64,000 nt of DNA from Yuukianura sp. NJ FZ-2021 (taxonomy: Eukaryota). Location: assembly GCA_046563655.1 (NCBI GenBank), contig CM102284.1, forward strand, positions 6,386,001 through 6,450,000. Direction: 5' to 3'. This document shows positions 1-13,614 of the stretch, piece after piece; the first letter of the stretch is position 1, and each line of letters starts with the position of its first letter. The position numbers and the translations under genes were made by a program. The notes below the pieces were generated by a model. It was given only the letters and a program-made list of their open reading frames with translations, was not told the origin of the DNA and did no database searches.

Positions 1-837
1 ATTATTATTTTTATTTATATTGAATTACAAAAACAAAAGCTCTTGAAATCTTTTTGGGCATTTTAAATATCTTGAAAAGTTTACTTGAGTCCTGAATTTC
101 CGCACAAATCGGACGCCTCATCACTAAAATTAAGATTAAAGTTTGAATTAAAATAATTATTTGAACAAAATGAATTTTAATATATTAAATTAGTATGAAT
201 TACTTAAAATTCATTATTTATATACTTGCCTTCCACCATCGCAGTCAACTTCGCCGTTACACACCAAGTTCCTGGCTATGCATCCACCGTAGCGACACCG
301 GAAGAACTTGCGCTGACTTAGAAACAAAAAATAGATTTTAAAAATATACAAATACTTATTAATTAATTAACTAAATTAATTAACTTTCTTACTCCCCACA
401 GTCCGTATTGAGGTCCTTCTTCTTGCAGTCCCAGCTTTCATCTTCTCCAGAGGGACAGTCAGGAATGCCTTTCAAGAATAATATTATGTATAATTAAGTA
501 TATTAATATAATATATATTTTAAATAATATGTATATAATATAAATGATACACTTCAGAATTACACGGTTCCCTCACTTTGCCTCACTTGAAGCTAACGTA
601 ACAAACTCACCATTGCACAGTTTTTCAGTCTTGAGACAAGCACTCCCATCACTGCATCTGTACTCTTGGAATTTGCATCTTGGACGTGTCTCTCCGCTAT
701 TTTCTGAATCATTTTTCAAAAAGTGCTCAAAATTTTGATAATTTTCCAAAACACAATAGGTTTTTACCTACAACAGTTCCAATGAGCCCAATAACAGAGA
801 AATGGAACACTAAAATGTACGTGGGACTTGAACGCAT
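1..837 (-). CDS. Secreted LDL-receptor class A repeat protein, 5' part only (continues off the window); resembles the N-terminus of arthropod modular serine proteases
   Basis: ATG at 837 and signal-like MRSSPTYILVFHFSVIGLIGTVV. Spliced exons give [33 protein letters not shown] and FFRCRYGGCIARNLVCNGEVDCDGGSDE, two LDLa repeats with the DCxxxxDE motif. Confidence 0.75.
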
Positions 838-1924
838 TGTTTAGAACTTTCTCCAGAAGAACGAAAAACTTTCACATTTCCACTGTCAGTTGCTGAAACT
901 CAAAATTTCAACGTCCATGGTTTTCAAAATTTTAATTCTACAAAACACGGAAAAAAGTTTAATGAAATTTTGAAACTTGAAGTTATTTGAGTTTAATGAT
1001 AATTAAAAACTAGTTTTGTCGGCTCTACGTAGTAGAATTAAAACTGAGAGTTCCTGGAATTGGGCATGGGGTGAAACTACGTCAGTTCAGACCCCGAAGG
1101 GGATGAACATCAGAAATTTACCCCCAAGAATAACGAAAACCCACCCCAACGATTTAGACAAGTTTTGCTTTTAATTTATTCTTAAACGAAAAATGAAGGA
1201 ATTGGTTTTGCAATTTCAGAGTTAGCAAAACTCCCTGGGCAAGTGGGTGGGTGGGGATTAATAATCCCCATGAAATCTTACCTCCGATTTCATAAAATCA
1301 GAAGCCAAAGAATTGTTAAGTTACCACTTTTTCCAAAGTGGTAACTTTGTGCACTTTGTGCTTTTTAAAGTGCACGTGAATTCTAAAAAAGAAGCGAAAT
1401 TTGCCTAATTTATTAAAAAATTTATTTTACAAGTTTAGGTTAGTTATGTTATGTTAAAGCTGACCCTTAAGACGTAAGCGGGTGGATTATTGCAAACTTG
1501 GTCAACTTTTTTTTTTGCACTAAACGAAACGAGAATGATCATAAAGTATGAAGTCAGTAAATTTTTAGTGTTATACTCAGCACTATTGATTTGTCTAACT
1601 GCTGATTTTGCAAAAATTTTAAAATTGTGGCAAAACCGGTTTTCCTAAAGAATTATAAAAGTCTTCTTCATTTTTATAAACACAACCTTTTTACTTTGTT
1701 TTTGAGTCGATGAACAACAACAAAGATTCAATTGACCATTTTAAGACTAAAGGAGATGGTTGACGGAGGAACTGGTTGCCAGTGATAATCTGTTGCCACC
1801 TTTTCAAAACAAACAAAGATGAATTCACCGGAAATTCTCAAGTTATTGAATTTACTTTTTTACAAAAAGAAAGCTGCGAATCATAAACTTGTGCAGCCAA
1901 AAGAGGTGAAAAAGAAATTTAAAA

Positions 1925-4167
1925 ATGGACATCGTGAGAAACTGGATTACGTTGAAATTGGGACTGCAAGTACCTCAACCAGAGGGTAAGCTTTTCAAAA
2001 TTTCAAAACTCAAAGAGAAAACTTAAATTTTTAAAAAGCTTTTTGAAAGTAGATTTCGAAAAGGGCATAGCCAACGGGGTCCTGATTGCTGAAATTCTAA
2101 GAAAGTATGGCGTGCTCAGTGACGATGAAGAAATTAGTCTCAAACATGGCAGGTTCGAATTCTTTTTGAATTTCATAAATTTCATTCAAATTCAAATTCA
2201 AGTTAAAAGTTTTCAACAAAAATTGCAAAACATTCACGGCGTTTGCAAAGAATTTGAATCTAAAAATACATTTTTATTTTAATTTTATCTGAGTATTCTT
2301 GATAAATTTTTCCTGTGGCGTGCAGTCAGGAAAAAACGCGACTTGAAAATATGACGCATCTTGAAAAATGGCTCAACGAATCTGGAGTCAAAATCAAAAA
2401 TTCGGATTTAGAAGACATCGCAAGAGTTAGAACTAAAAATTTCACAATTTTATGAACCTAAATGCTAAATAATTCAAAATTGAAAGTATTACAAAAAATT
2501 TAAAGTCCCGAAATCCGATTCTTTGCAGGAAAAGAAAGGCGTTGGACTGAGGTTGCTCTATGAACTTTTTCTCTGTTTCGAATTCGGCCCAAGAGATGCA
2601 AAATTTGCTGAAGAGAGTCAACCTGGAATTGGAACAGCAAAGGTCATGACCTCCAGAATTCCAGAACGCAGAGATGATGACCTTGGAATTTGTTCAGACA
2701 AACGACCAACTACCGACTGCTTAACTGATCCTCAAGGCACTTCTTTCGACCGGATGGAATTTGTATAACTAAAATTTCAAAAACCGGCACAGATTTTTAT
2801 AAAAATTTCAAATTTTTAAATTTCTAATTTTGAATTTTACTTTCTTTTTTAAATTTGTAGCCTAAGCACGCTGTTCTTCAGAAACCTTTTATACAAAGCA
2901 GCGAAGCAGCACAGGCTCAGCACTTGTACTTTTGCCTGCGCTCACTCGATGTTCTCAAGAAGCAAGAGGAAGAACGTCTTCAGTTTGCCATTGATCGTCA
3001 AGATCGGCTCAAAGAATTCGAAAGGTCAAGAGGTCAAGATCCAGAATTTCAAGATCAAGAGCAAATTTCAGGAGAATACAAACTAGATTCCGCGTCGATT
3101 CAAACTCGCCAACTTCAAAAAGTGGCCAATGCAAAAGCAGCCAAACTCAAATCGCTTGTAGATGACATGGACAAGTTTGACCTCATTTCAGCTCAGGCAG
3201 AGCTCAGATGTGATTCTACCATTCCGGTTTATGCTGGAGGGCGTGGTGACATTTGCGAATATGAACTCAAAATATATCAGTTGAGAATCAAACGATTTAG
3301 AAACCACCAAAGAGAAGAGGAACGAGCAATCATGCGCAGAGAAATTTTGAGTCAATTTACGAAAAACGTTCCACTTGAAATGGTAAACTCAAAATTTAAA
3401 AAAAAAAGTCAAAAAGACAAGTTTTTATAAAAGTTTTTCAAGCTTCTTTTTCTTTTTTGAAAATCTAGACCAAATCTTTAGAACAAGATATCATGTCACG
3501 ATTGACGAAATTGCCAGCATCAGAGCGTCTTCTGGCAGCATTTCTTCATCGTTGTCACCAGGAGAAGCAGCATTTCTTTGACCATGCAGCATACGAAGCC
3601 CGGCAGCTCCAAGCAGCCATGACCTTTGACCTGGACAAAGAAATGAGAATCAAAGGTCAAGATGAAGAGTTCAAAAGCTACGCTTATGCAGAACAAGCCA
3701 ATCCATACAAAACGTTTGACTTTGTTTGTCGTGCCCTGGAGGAACCAGATTTGATTCAACGATTGGCAGGGGCTGATGATACCATCAGAGACATGATTCA
3801 AAGAGCACTCAAACTCAACGCGTAAGCACCATTTCAAAGCTCATAAAATTTTAAAAAATCTCAAATTTTGAAATTTTTTATTTTGATTTTTGAAATGTAG
3901 GCCTCCACCACCTCCGCCACCTCCTTGTACTCCTACGTTTATGACTGGAAAACGCTGTAGAATGGTCATGGATAAAACTTATGGCAGAATGCTTGTAAGT
4001 TTTTTAAAAATTCACTTTTAAAAAACGAAAGTTTAGAAAAATTCAAAATTCCAAAATTCTGGCTATTCTTTAAGGTGTGTGAAGATGAACTTTTTGGAGA
4101 AGATGGAACTGCACCGCTTTCGTATTGCCGAGTACTCCCACCGGAATGGACGGGAGAGCAAGAATGA
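1925..4167 (+). CDS. SPEF2-like protein: N-terminal calponin-homology domain plus coiled coil, apparently short
   Basis: Exons join to MDIVRNWITLKLGL..DFEKGIANGVLIAEILRKYG..RLENMTHLEKWL..EKKGVGLRLLYELF, matching the SPEF2 N-terminal CH pattern. GT-AG introns; last exon ends ...PPEWTGEQE-TGA at 4165-4167. Confidence 0.6.
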
Positions 4168-4411
4168 TTTTATGATTTTTCAAAAAACGATCAATTTCAA
4201 ACATAAAAAAATCGTTTTTCCACAATCTGGTTGCTATTAGCAACAATTTTCGCTTTTTCTTTTGTGTTTGATAATACTCGTAGTTCAAAATTTTCCGCTG
4301 AGTTGTGAATTGCTGTCTTCTACAAAGTGAACGGAGCAGCAGGTAACGAGGAACGAAGAATTTTTCAAAATTCTTTGTTCAAAATTTCAAAATTTTCAGT
4401 TTGTGTAAAAA

Positions 4412-6292
4412 ATGAATTCTGATTACCGTGGACCGTATTTCCGAACTGGAGTGGATGGACAAGGACAATACTGGGAACTGACCAGCACTCAATCTCCGCC
4501 GTTTCTAAAACCCGGCAAAGTTTTGACCCGAAAACCTGCTGATTGGGAACTGCGGAAACCACAGATTGTACTTCAAGGCGCAGTTCCAGACGATCAGTAC
4601 TCAGGTAACTGAAATTCAAAATTTTGAAAAATATTGCTTTTTCTGAAAAACCTAAACTAGAAATGTCTCTGAAACTTTCAGAACCAACCGAGGTTCAACC
4701 AGTTCCTATTTCTGGACCAATGGAATTTTCTAATCCCAGGGAATCATCGTTTGTTTCGAAAGAGTACTTGAAGGGAATGCTTTTAGAAATTTGGAAAGAA
4801 TCTGGAATTTCTCCAGGTCAAGCACCTCCAGACGTTACCAAAATTCTTGAATCTGTCCAGGAGCGAGTTGATGAAGATCGGTCAGCTACAAATGCCCTTC
4901 GTGCGGCAGGAGCAGTCGAGAGTAAGTTGAAGGTCAATGACCTGGGCTCAAAGAAAGCCAGAAGCAAAGAGGTGGTTGACCTCGGGTCAAAAGAAGCAAA
5001 AAGTCAAGAGGTCACGGAACAAGAAGTAGAGGTCAATTCAACCAAAAGCAACCACAGCCAAGGAGCTGACCTTCCAGAACCAATCGGAGTCAACTTATTG
5101 ACAATGGCAACTCGACCGATTCGTAGTACGCGACGAGAAGAAAAAATGCGGAGCTTTGACTTTTTTCGAAAAGTAATTCAAAATTTGGGAAAAATTTAAC
5201 TTTAATTGAATTTTTCTACTGAATATCAACTTTTCGAATTTTTTTTGCATAGATTTCCTATGACCCGCCAAAAACTCCAAAGCAAGAGGAAGACTCCGAT
5301 GAACCGAAACGTACTACCCGGTTTAATGTTTCCGAGGATGAACCTAAAGTCAAAGGTCCAAGAAGGCGTTTACAACAGTCCAGGTCAAGGTCAAGAGGCA
5401 ATGACTCCGAACCACTTCCGCCGACTATTGACGAAGTACTGGCTCAGCCGGAACAAGTATTCTTCCACAACCAACCAGGAATGTACCCTGGACCAACACA
5501 GTTTCCAACTTACACTATGCCACAGCAGTCAGGATTCCGCATGCCTCAGCATCTTCGGAGGTCAAGGGCCAACAGCCCACGGTCACTCCAGAGCAGCCGA
5601 GAAGCCAGTCTTCACTCTTTGATGATTGTCAAGAAACTGCCTACTGCTGGTGGACAGTTCAATGACAGAATGCTTCCTCCACGTACTTTCTCAACTCAAT
5701 TTCGAAATTTTCACTTTTCTTTGGTTTTCTGAAAAACTGTTCAAAATTTTAATTTTTAGTGCTGCCGTCTGACCTTGAGCCACCGAAACGCGTTCCCAAG
5801 AAGCGATTTGATGCTTGGCGACCTCTGAACTGGACGCTGCCGCAGCATGAGCAACAGCAAAATGTCATGCGAGAGTACATTCGGCAGTATCAAGAAGGAA
5901 ACATGGCACAACAACAACTAATCCCGGGAAAGGTCAAAGGTCAACCTGATGCTGGGCAGTTTAGAGGTCAAACTGAAGCTGGACAGGTCAAAGGTCAACC
6001 TCAAACTGCTCGCCTGCCTTCACCAGTCCCGACGGTGGCAAAACCGAAAAAGACCAGCACTTCATCCAAGCAATTTCCAGCATATGTCAGTCCATTGAAA
6101 AAGGACAGTGGATATGCTGGACCAGTACTTGATAGTGAAGCGAACTTTTTGCGCAAAAGTATCAAAATCAAACCCAAATTTTGAAAAATCCCGAACTTTT
6201 CTTTTGTCCAAAATTTAGCAGCTAAAAGGCAATCTGCTGTCTTAAATTATCTTTCCCAACCTGGGGAAATTGGAAATACTTCAAATTTTTGA
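4412..6292 (+). CDS. Uncharacterised Pro/Gln/Glu-rich multi-exon protein
   Basis: GC-richer ORF blocks (4412-, 4624-, 5481-, 5759-) separated by AT-rich GT-AG introns. Short GQVKGQP-type repeats; AATAAA right after the TGA at 6290-6292. Confidence 0.5.
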
Positions 6293-6382
6293 AAATAAAA
6301 TTTGGATGCATACGAATAGAAATCTGTTGTTGCTGGAACTGAGCGGCAGTAAAATTTTACTGAATTAAAAATTTGGAAATCG

Positions 6383-8436
6383 TTAATTTTCAAAAGTTAA
6401 CCCAGGAATGACTTTTTTCCAAATTGAAAACAGTTGCTGATCGGTTGTTTGATTCCAGAGTTTGTCCAGTAGATTCCAGCCATGTTTGGCAGTGGTTAGT
6501 AGATATTCGTTTGATGGATCCAGAGTGTAGGAGTATCGACCAAGCACTACACTTTGACACAGGCGACTACAAATGCAAATCTGTAAAATTCAGTCAAAAT
6601 TTGGAACCAAAATTAGGAAATTTCAAAATCTTGACTTTCTATATTATGTCTCTCATGCTTAAAACAGCTTATTGCAGCAGGCGTTTTGAATAACTGGAAC
6701 TTACTCTCAGGATCTGAAATTCATCGGCTGGAATTGGATTTTTCGAATGAAATCCAGAAATGACATGAGCACTTCCTTCTAAAGGATCCATGTCAGTTTT
6801 GAGGCACTCCAGCATCATGTAGGCCAGTAACAAAGCAAGTTCAAAAACATAGTAATTGATCTGGAGGTCACCAAAGTCTATAATCCCGGACACAGTATAA
6901 GCAGTCGTATTTCGGCCGCCATCTTGCTCTACTTTTCTGACAATAATGTTCTGCTCATTCAAGTCTCCGTGAATAACTCCTGTTGAAAATCGGAAAATAT
7001 TCAAAATTTTGTAGAACACAGAAAATGGAATAATTTTAACCAACCTTTTCGTAATTTTGGATACATCGGAACAACCCGAGCGCTGAATGCTTCTAAAACT
7101 TCTGAAACCATTTTGAACTTGTCCGGTTCCGATTGAATTACGTAAGTAAACTCTTTTAGTTGTGGTGTAGAACACAGAAACCAAATTGAGCGATTGTTTT
7201 CTAAGGCAGAATGGCTAAATTCCTGGAAAAAAAAGAAATCACATGTCTGAAACAAAGTAATACACAGGAAACGGTAATTAATTAATTTGTAATTAGCAAA
7301 ATTAATTGAAATTATGAGTCATTTTTCCATTTTCCTTAATAGAAGTTTTTATGTTGAGTATTAGAAAGAAAAGTGAAAGTATTTTTTTATGAATGAAACG
7401 AAAAGTTTTATTCATAGGATCAACTTCATTCATTAGGAAGGGCTTCCCCGGAATGTGTAGTAAAAGCCACACCCCCGGTTTACAAACGATTGGAATGTTT
7501 TACAACTCCATTCATAAAATTTACGTTACGATCGCATGCACATGCGCCTGATATAAGGCACAACAAAAATTCCGGCGCCTGTACTTTGTATCACGTGGAT
7601 TGAAGATACACGCGACACGCGGTATTTCTTTGTTCTCGTTTGTTTTGTCCTAATTTTCTAACGTAAATTATTTTAGTAAGTTGTGATTAACTAAGCTAAT
7701 TAATTGTTCAGGTGCCGAAAAAGTACCTTGAAACTTGTTTGGAGGTTTGCCGTGAACAGGCCAAGGTCGTACAGCAATTTAGCAGTGACTGGGACATCGG
7801 TAAGGATTTGACCTTCAACGAACGATAAAAGTCGAATGACATGGGACTTCACAGTGGCTCGATCTCCAGTTGATTCTTGAAGAAAGTGATGTTAGGGAGG
7901 TCGAAAGGTTAGCCGAACACAAAAGTCATGTTTGCAAGTTAAGTTACAGTTAAGGTTTAGTTACCATTATTATCAATGTCTTTTTTGCAGGGAAGCTCAA
8001 TTAATGGACACGTACTTCTATCCGGATGAGTACTTGGTTCTGGAACTGGACAACTGATTCCCTTCGATTCTGAAACCGACAAACAAGTTATAAAATTGCG
8101 GATCCGAACTTCGTGTTGTCTACGTTAACTGAATGCTGACTTACGAAGAAATAGCATCGCGGCATTTTCGGCTAAAAAGTGCTGTTTCTTCGACTCATGC
8201 GAATTGAGAACTTTGAAAACAAATTTTCTCGTCGGTTCATCGCCTTCGCTGCTTCCTACAGGACTGACTTCTACAAAGAAGTTCTTATCGTCGTAAGAAT
8301 TTAATGCTGTAATTCTTTTTGTGTTATATCCGAAGTGATCTCTGATCAATTCCTTTGCAGTTGAAATTGACACCTCCGGATATATGATTTGACCCGGCTT
8401 AAGAATCCTGTCAGCCGACACTGTGTCTTGGCTCAT
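6383..8436 (-). CDS. HYKK: Hydroxylysine kinase (aminoglycoside phosphotransferase fold)
   Basis: Motifs LNSYDDKNF, GVIHGDLNEQNIIV, GIIDFGD, YYVFELA and DPSNEYLLTT across spliced exons. Confidence 0.88.
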
Positions 8437-9014
8437 GTTAATGCTGGTCCTGGCTCTGAACTGAACTTTGCTACAACACTACAGGGGTTTTGAAAACTTA
8501 ATTAAGACTGGAGCGCGGTATCCCTTTCTCATAGCCACAAAGACATATTCTCATGTTTGATCTCTTTCCACTTCAGATAAAAACATATCGCATGAAGGAG
8601 GTCACTCATGAAATATGTAAGTGGTGCAGGATCAGGATCGATAAGCGATGGAAATCGTGCCGCTGCATCTAGAACATACTATTTTATTAGTAACGCTTTT
8701 CGTTTTTGCACAATAATTTTATCACTTCTGAATACGATATGCCCAATTCATCTGATGAGTTTGGTTTAAAAGTTACGGATTTTTTTATTGCAAGCATTTT
8801 GAAATGAACATTAAATTGTGAACCAACATTCTCATCATATGAAGCGGAGCAGTGCAGCTCGAAATTCGAGTTGTAATTTTTGGCACGAAAGGTTTCTATG
8901 AATGAATGTGCACATGAGTAAAATAATGCAAAATGTTAAGCTGGTTTCATAATTGTTTTGTTTAGATTTCTGGAAGTTTGTAATTCTGGATTCTGACGTA
9001 AACCTGTTCAAACA

Positions 9015-12000
9015 ATGGAGTTTAGCGTGGAATTTATTGGAGCCTCTTGCAACTTGACTTACAATTGTTTGGAATTGACCGAGAATTACTTGGTTTATGG
9101 CTCGAATCATTCAGTTGCTGTGTACGATTTACATGTAAGATTTCTAGAAGTTGACGTTTATGTTATTCTTAAGGATTTAGATTTTTTAGTAACAGTTGTT
9201 AACATTCTTTTAGGAAAAGAAAGTAGTCAAGACCTACGTCAAACATACGGGAAGGATAAACTGCGTTCGATTCATACTTCAAAGGTAGCCTATTTGAGAT
9301 TTCACAAAACCCAGCGTCTGTTGCGACTTTCAATTTCATTCACTACAATTTTGAGGAAAATGTCTGTAATTCTGTATTTTCAGCAATAACAAGCTTCTCG
9401 TAACGTGTGGATCCGACGGACAGCTAATAATTTGGCAAAATTCTTATGACACGACACAAATAGAGGATTCTGTAGGAAAAACCGGAATTCCCTGCCTTCT
9501 GGAACCAAAATTGTGCCATCGTTCACAACCTGTTACTCCAATTACTGTCTGTAATGGGATCAGTCATGAGGAAAATAAACCGATCATTGGTTACATCACA
9601 TCTCTATCCTCCGTAGTACTTGGAATCGCCGATTTGGAAGGTTTGTGTTGCCCACCTCACGGATTGATCCTGCTTTTACGTATTACAGACTTGTTGACTT
9701 TTGAAAAAATTTTAGGTGGAAGTTTTTCACCATTTCAATCGATTATTCTTCACCAGACCGTAGCACTGGATATCTTGTTTGAAACTCTTCCTGGAGATGA
9801 ACTGATGATGGCTTTGGGATTGGGCTCAGGTGAAGTTGCCTTGTATGGAATACCGGGTGACCTTAAACCCGGTCCTGACATGCCTTTTACCAAAATTTGT
9901 GGCCTTAACAAACATGAAGATTGGGTGAGATGTCTCGCTATAACTACTTTGGGTAAGTCTTAACTAAAAACGTTTCTAATTACTTGGATAATTTTGATTT
10001 TGAAACATTTTGCCGTGTTTTAGAAAATGGGGAGCGACTTTTAGCTACTGGTGGCCAAGATTCTTTCATAGCCATTTGGAGATTCAAGAATGACGAGACT
10101 ACTGCTGTAATGGAAGACTTTGAATTCCAAGTTGTAGATTTCAAAAATCGAAAAATTGTATTTGATTCTATGATTCTTGGACATGAAGGCTGGGTTAACT
10201 CATTGCAATGGAATAGTAAAGGTGAGAAACTACTGCCAACATGCCCTAAAAATTGCAAATTCAAGAAGTGCAAATTCAATTTTTGTCAACTTTTATTATT
10301 GTTTTTGACAGGTGAACTGATTTCATGTTCCAGTGACCAGACTGTCATCATTTGGGAAAACGTTGGACAGATTTGGATGGAAAAGACACGTTTGGGCGTT
10401 GTCGGTGGCCAAACGTTGGGAGGCTACTGTTCTCGCTTCGATTCACAGCATGTTGTCACCGCCGGTTTTCAAGGAGCAATACAAATCTGGTCTTGGTCAG
10501 AAGAAACTGTAAGTAATTTATGTCAATACTGCTAGGATTCAAAAATTTTCGTTTTACACAAGTTTCAAACATTTCCAGGAGGAATGGACGATAGAGGCAA
10601 GTGTCACAGGACACTTCAAAGGCGTGTCTGATCTGGATTATGACGCTGAAGGACGCTTTATCGTCACTACAAGTGAAGATCAGACGAGTCGGATATTTGC
10701 TCCTTGGGGAACAGATCGATGGCATGAGATCTCACGTCCACAAATTCACGGTCATGACCTCTTTGCACTCAAATGTGCTGGGGATTACATTGTGTCCGGA
10801 GCTGAAGAAAAAATTCTTAGAGCATTCCAACCTACAGAAGTATTTGTGGCAAACTACGAAGATGCTTCAGGCATGCCAATTCATCTGACCAATGGTAAAA
10901 TTGCTTTCATTTTTGTGTTATTTTGATGTTAAAATGTCAGATCAACTTAGATTTTCTGTATATTTTTGTAGTCTCTGAAGCAGCGTCAGTACCGGCACTA
11001 GGACTATCCAATTTAACAACATCGGATCATTTTGATATCATTGGAAAGCGACTTGAGGAAAGACTGGAAGAAGATTTCTTACGTTCTCAGACTTTATGGC
11101 CGGAAACTTGCAAATTGTATGGACACGGTTACGAAATTTGTTGCATCGGAGCATCATCATCTGATCCAATCATAGTTAGCGGATGCAACTCAACCAAGCA
11201 ACAATTTGCTGCAATAATTTTATGGTTAGACACATTTTATGGTTTTGGCTCTTTGGCTTTTGTGAAATTTTTTCCTTGCAAAAATCCCACCGATTTACAT
11301 TTTGCTCGTTTCAGGTCCACTGTAAACTGGAAAAGCTTAGGAGAATTTCCATTTCATAAGCTGAATGTCACGGATCTTGAGTTTTCCAAGAATGGACAAC
11401 GTCTTTTGTCTGCCTCGAGAGACAGAACTTGGGCTGTATGGAAAGTACTTCGTCCTCGGGAAGCTGGAGAAGCGTTTTCTTTAGAACTCCAAGAAAATAA
11501 TAATGCACACTCCAGGGCATTGACAGTCGGAACGTGGTGTCCAAACAATGACTATTTTGTCACGGGAGGAAGAGACAAGAAACTGATGATCTGGAAAGCT
11601 GGAAATCTAGAGTAATTGACCAAATCTTACTTTAGCTAACTAAAACTTTACACTTTTAAAACTTGTAATAAAGTTTTTAAACTTTTTTTTTTTGCAGAGA
11701 AATGAAAGATTATGGAAAAGTTGCGGTCGAAACTTTTCAACAATCAGTGACTGCTGCTGCAGTGAACGAAAACAACATGATTGCTGTTGGTCTTGAATCT
11801 GGTATCATCACAATCCTTCAGCTAACGTTCGGATCAGAGTCAAATGCTGCTCAACTGACAGCTTTGTTGACCTTGGGTAACAGGTATGCTTTATGATTTT
11901 ATGAATTTTATGAATTCAAAGTTGACACTGCATCATGGTATGAGATTTACGTATGAACTTTTTTATTGCAGTGATGCTCATCACGGGCTGGTGAAACGGC

Positions 12001-12083
12001 TAAAATTCAATCCCCAGAAAAAGTATCAATTGGCCTCTGCAAGTGCGGATCACGCTGTTAAAATCTACAGATTTAAACCTTAA
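9015..12083 (+). CDS. ELP2: Elongator complex protein 2 (WD40)
   Basis: Motifs HEDWVRCL, GHEGWV, WHEISRPQIHGHD, SGAEEKILRAF, ASVPALGLSN, TLWPETCKLYGHGYE and LASASADHAVKIY. Confidence 0.93.
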
Positions 12084-12279
12084 CCTGTGAGTTTAATTTT
12101 TTAAGAATAATTCATCGTTGGTGTTAAATTCCATGACCTCAATCTTTCAATTTAAACCAAAAGTTAAAAAAATAGAAACTTTTATTTTCTAAAGTTTTTA
12201 AATTGAAAAATTGCATTTCTTTTTCAAATTGTGAAAAAAACGAGTCCTAAGATGTCACTGACCGTGTGACCTTTTAAAG

Positions 12280-13614
12280 TTATGTTGTTGTACCTCTATG
12301 TAAAACGATGACGTTAGATTTTGCCGGAGACGTTTGAGTTTTTGTTGCAGCTAAAGGCAAAATTTTGATTTTGGTCGGAGGTCCTCCGATGCTAGCAGAA
12401 TGTTGTGTTGGTGGCAGTGTTAAAACAGAAGCTCTTTTTTCAAATCCTTTTCTCGGTCGACCTCTCTTGACCTTGGTGATGCTGGGTTTAGGAAATACAA
12501 TGGATTCCACTGGGATAGCGGTGTGTCCAGTTATGGGAGGTGTCTGTTTTGGTAAAATTGTTACCTCAACTGGACTCGGTGTCACCGTGGAACTTGCGCA
12601 CAAGTCCGGAACAATAGTTTCCACTTGGAGCGTTACAGATGAATCTGCTAGTGGCTCTGCTTTAAGACGACGCAAAGCGGCTTGTGTTACATTACAATTG
12701 GAATGTTTACTTAATTCTTCTCTCAAAGCAGCATTTTCACCCCGAATTCTTTTTAGTTCCGAATGTACTTGTGCTAAAAGACTAATCAGTTGCTTATTTT
12801 TCATTTCTAGTTCCGACACCCACTGTTTCCGTCTCTCACGACTTCGGACAGCAGCAGCTCTGTTCCTTTCCAGCAGTTCTGTTCGCTTGTCAACCTGTGG
12901 AAGGTCAAGTACTGACTCAATTGCTGCTGATGCTGATGCTGATACTGGCTGGATTGTGCCTGGAACTGACTTTTGCGCTGCAATTTCTTTCTGGTTATCG
13001 GGATTCAGCGATTCCGAATGCGCTGGAGGCGGAGAATCGCAATTTTGTGCTGCAGCTTCTGCGACTAAGGCTGACAGTGGAACAGTAATTGTCAGATTCT
13101 GCTTTTTAGTGATGCTGGAGTCTGACGGAGGAAGAGGCGTTGACGACGGAGTAAATCCAAGAACTTGCGGTGTATTCAGTGTATCGTTGGACATACAAAA
13201 ATTTTGATTGTCTTGGATAGACGAAGATCCAGAAGAAGTGGCTCTTGCAAATTGTTCGTCAAAGGGATTAACATTTTGAATATCCTGGAAAAATCCGACT
13301 TCTTCGGAGATTCTGAAAAAGCGAGTGGGTGTGGGCGTTTCATCGGTGAATCCTTCTGGAGGTTGGATGTCCGAAGTACTGCCAGTACCATTGCTGTTAC
13401 CAAAACCTAAGCTGAGACTCATTTCGTGACGTTTTCGATGGACTTGAAGGTGATCTTCATTTGTAAAGCTCTAAGTTTAAAAATATTTCAACAAAAAGAT
13501 AAATTGCATTTTGATTTTTTAGAAATTCATTAATCTTTTGAAATTTTTTCAAGGGTTTGAACAAACCTGGAAGCAAGTTGAACATTTGAATGGTTTTTCA
13601 ATTGGGCTCTCCAT
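12280..13614 (-). CDS. ATF2/ATF7/CREB5-family bZIP transcription factor with N-terminal C2H2 finger
   Basis: Exon 1 MESPIEKPFKCSTCFQ splices to SFTNEDHLQVHRKRHEMSL. DETPTPTRF SAPK sites, NPFDEQF, and bZIP LLERNRAAAVRSRERRKQWV..L..HSNC. Confidence 0.9.

Noticed and set aside
12365-13207. 280-aa plus-strand ORF
   Set aside because: Antisense shadow of the ATF2/7 coding exon with no independent motifs.
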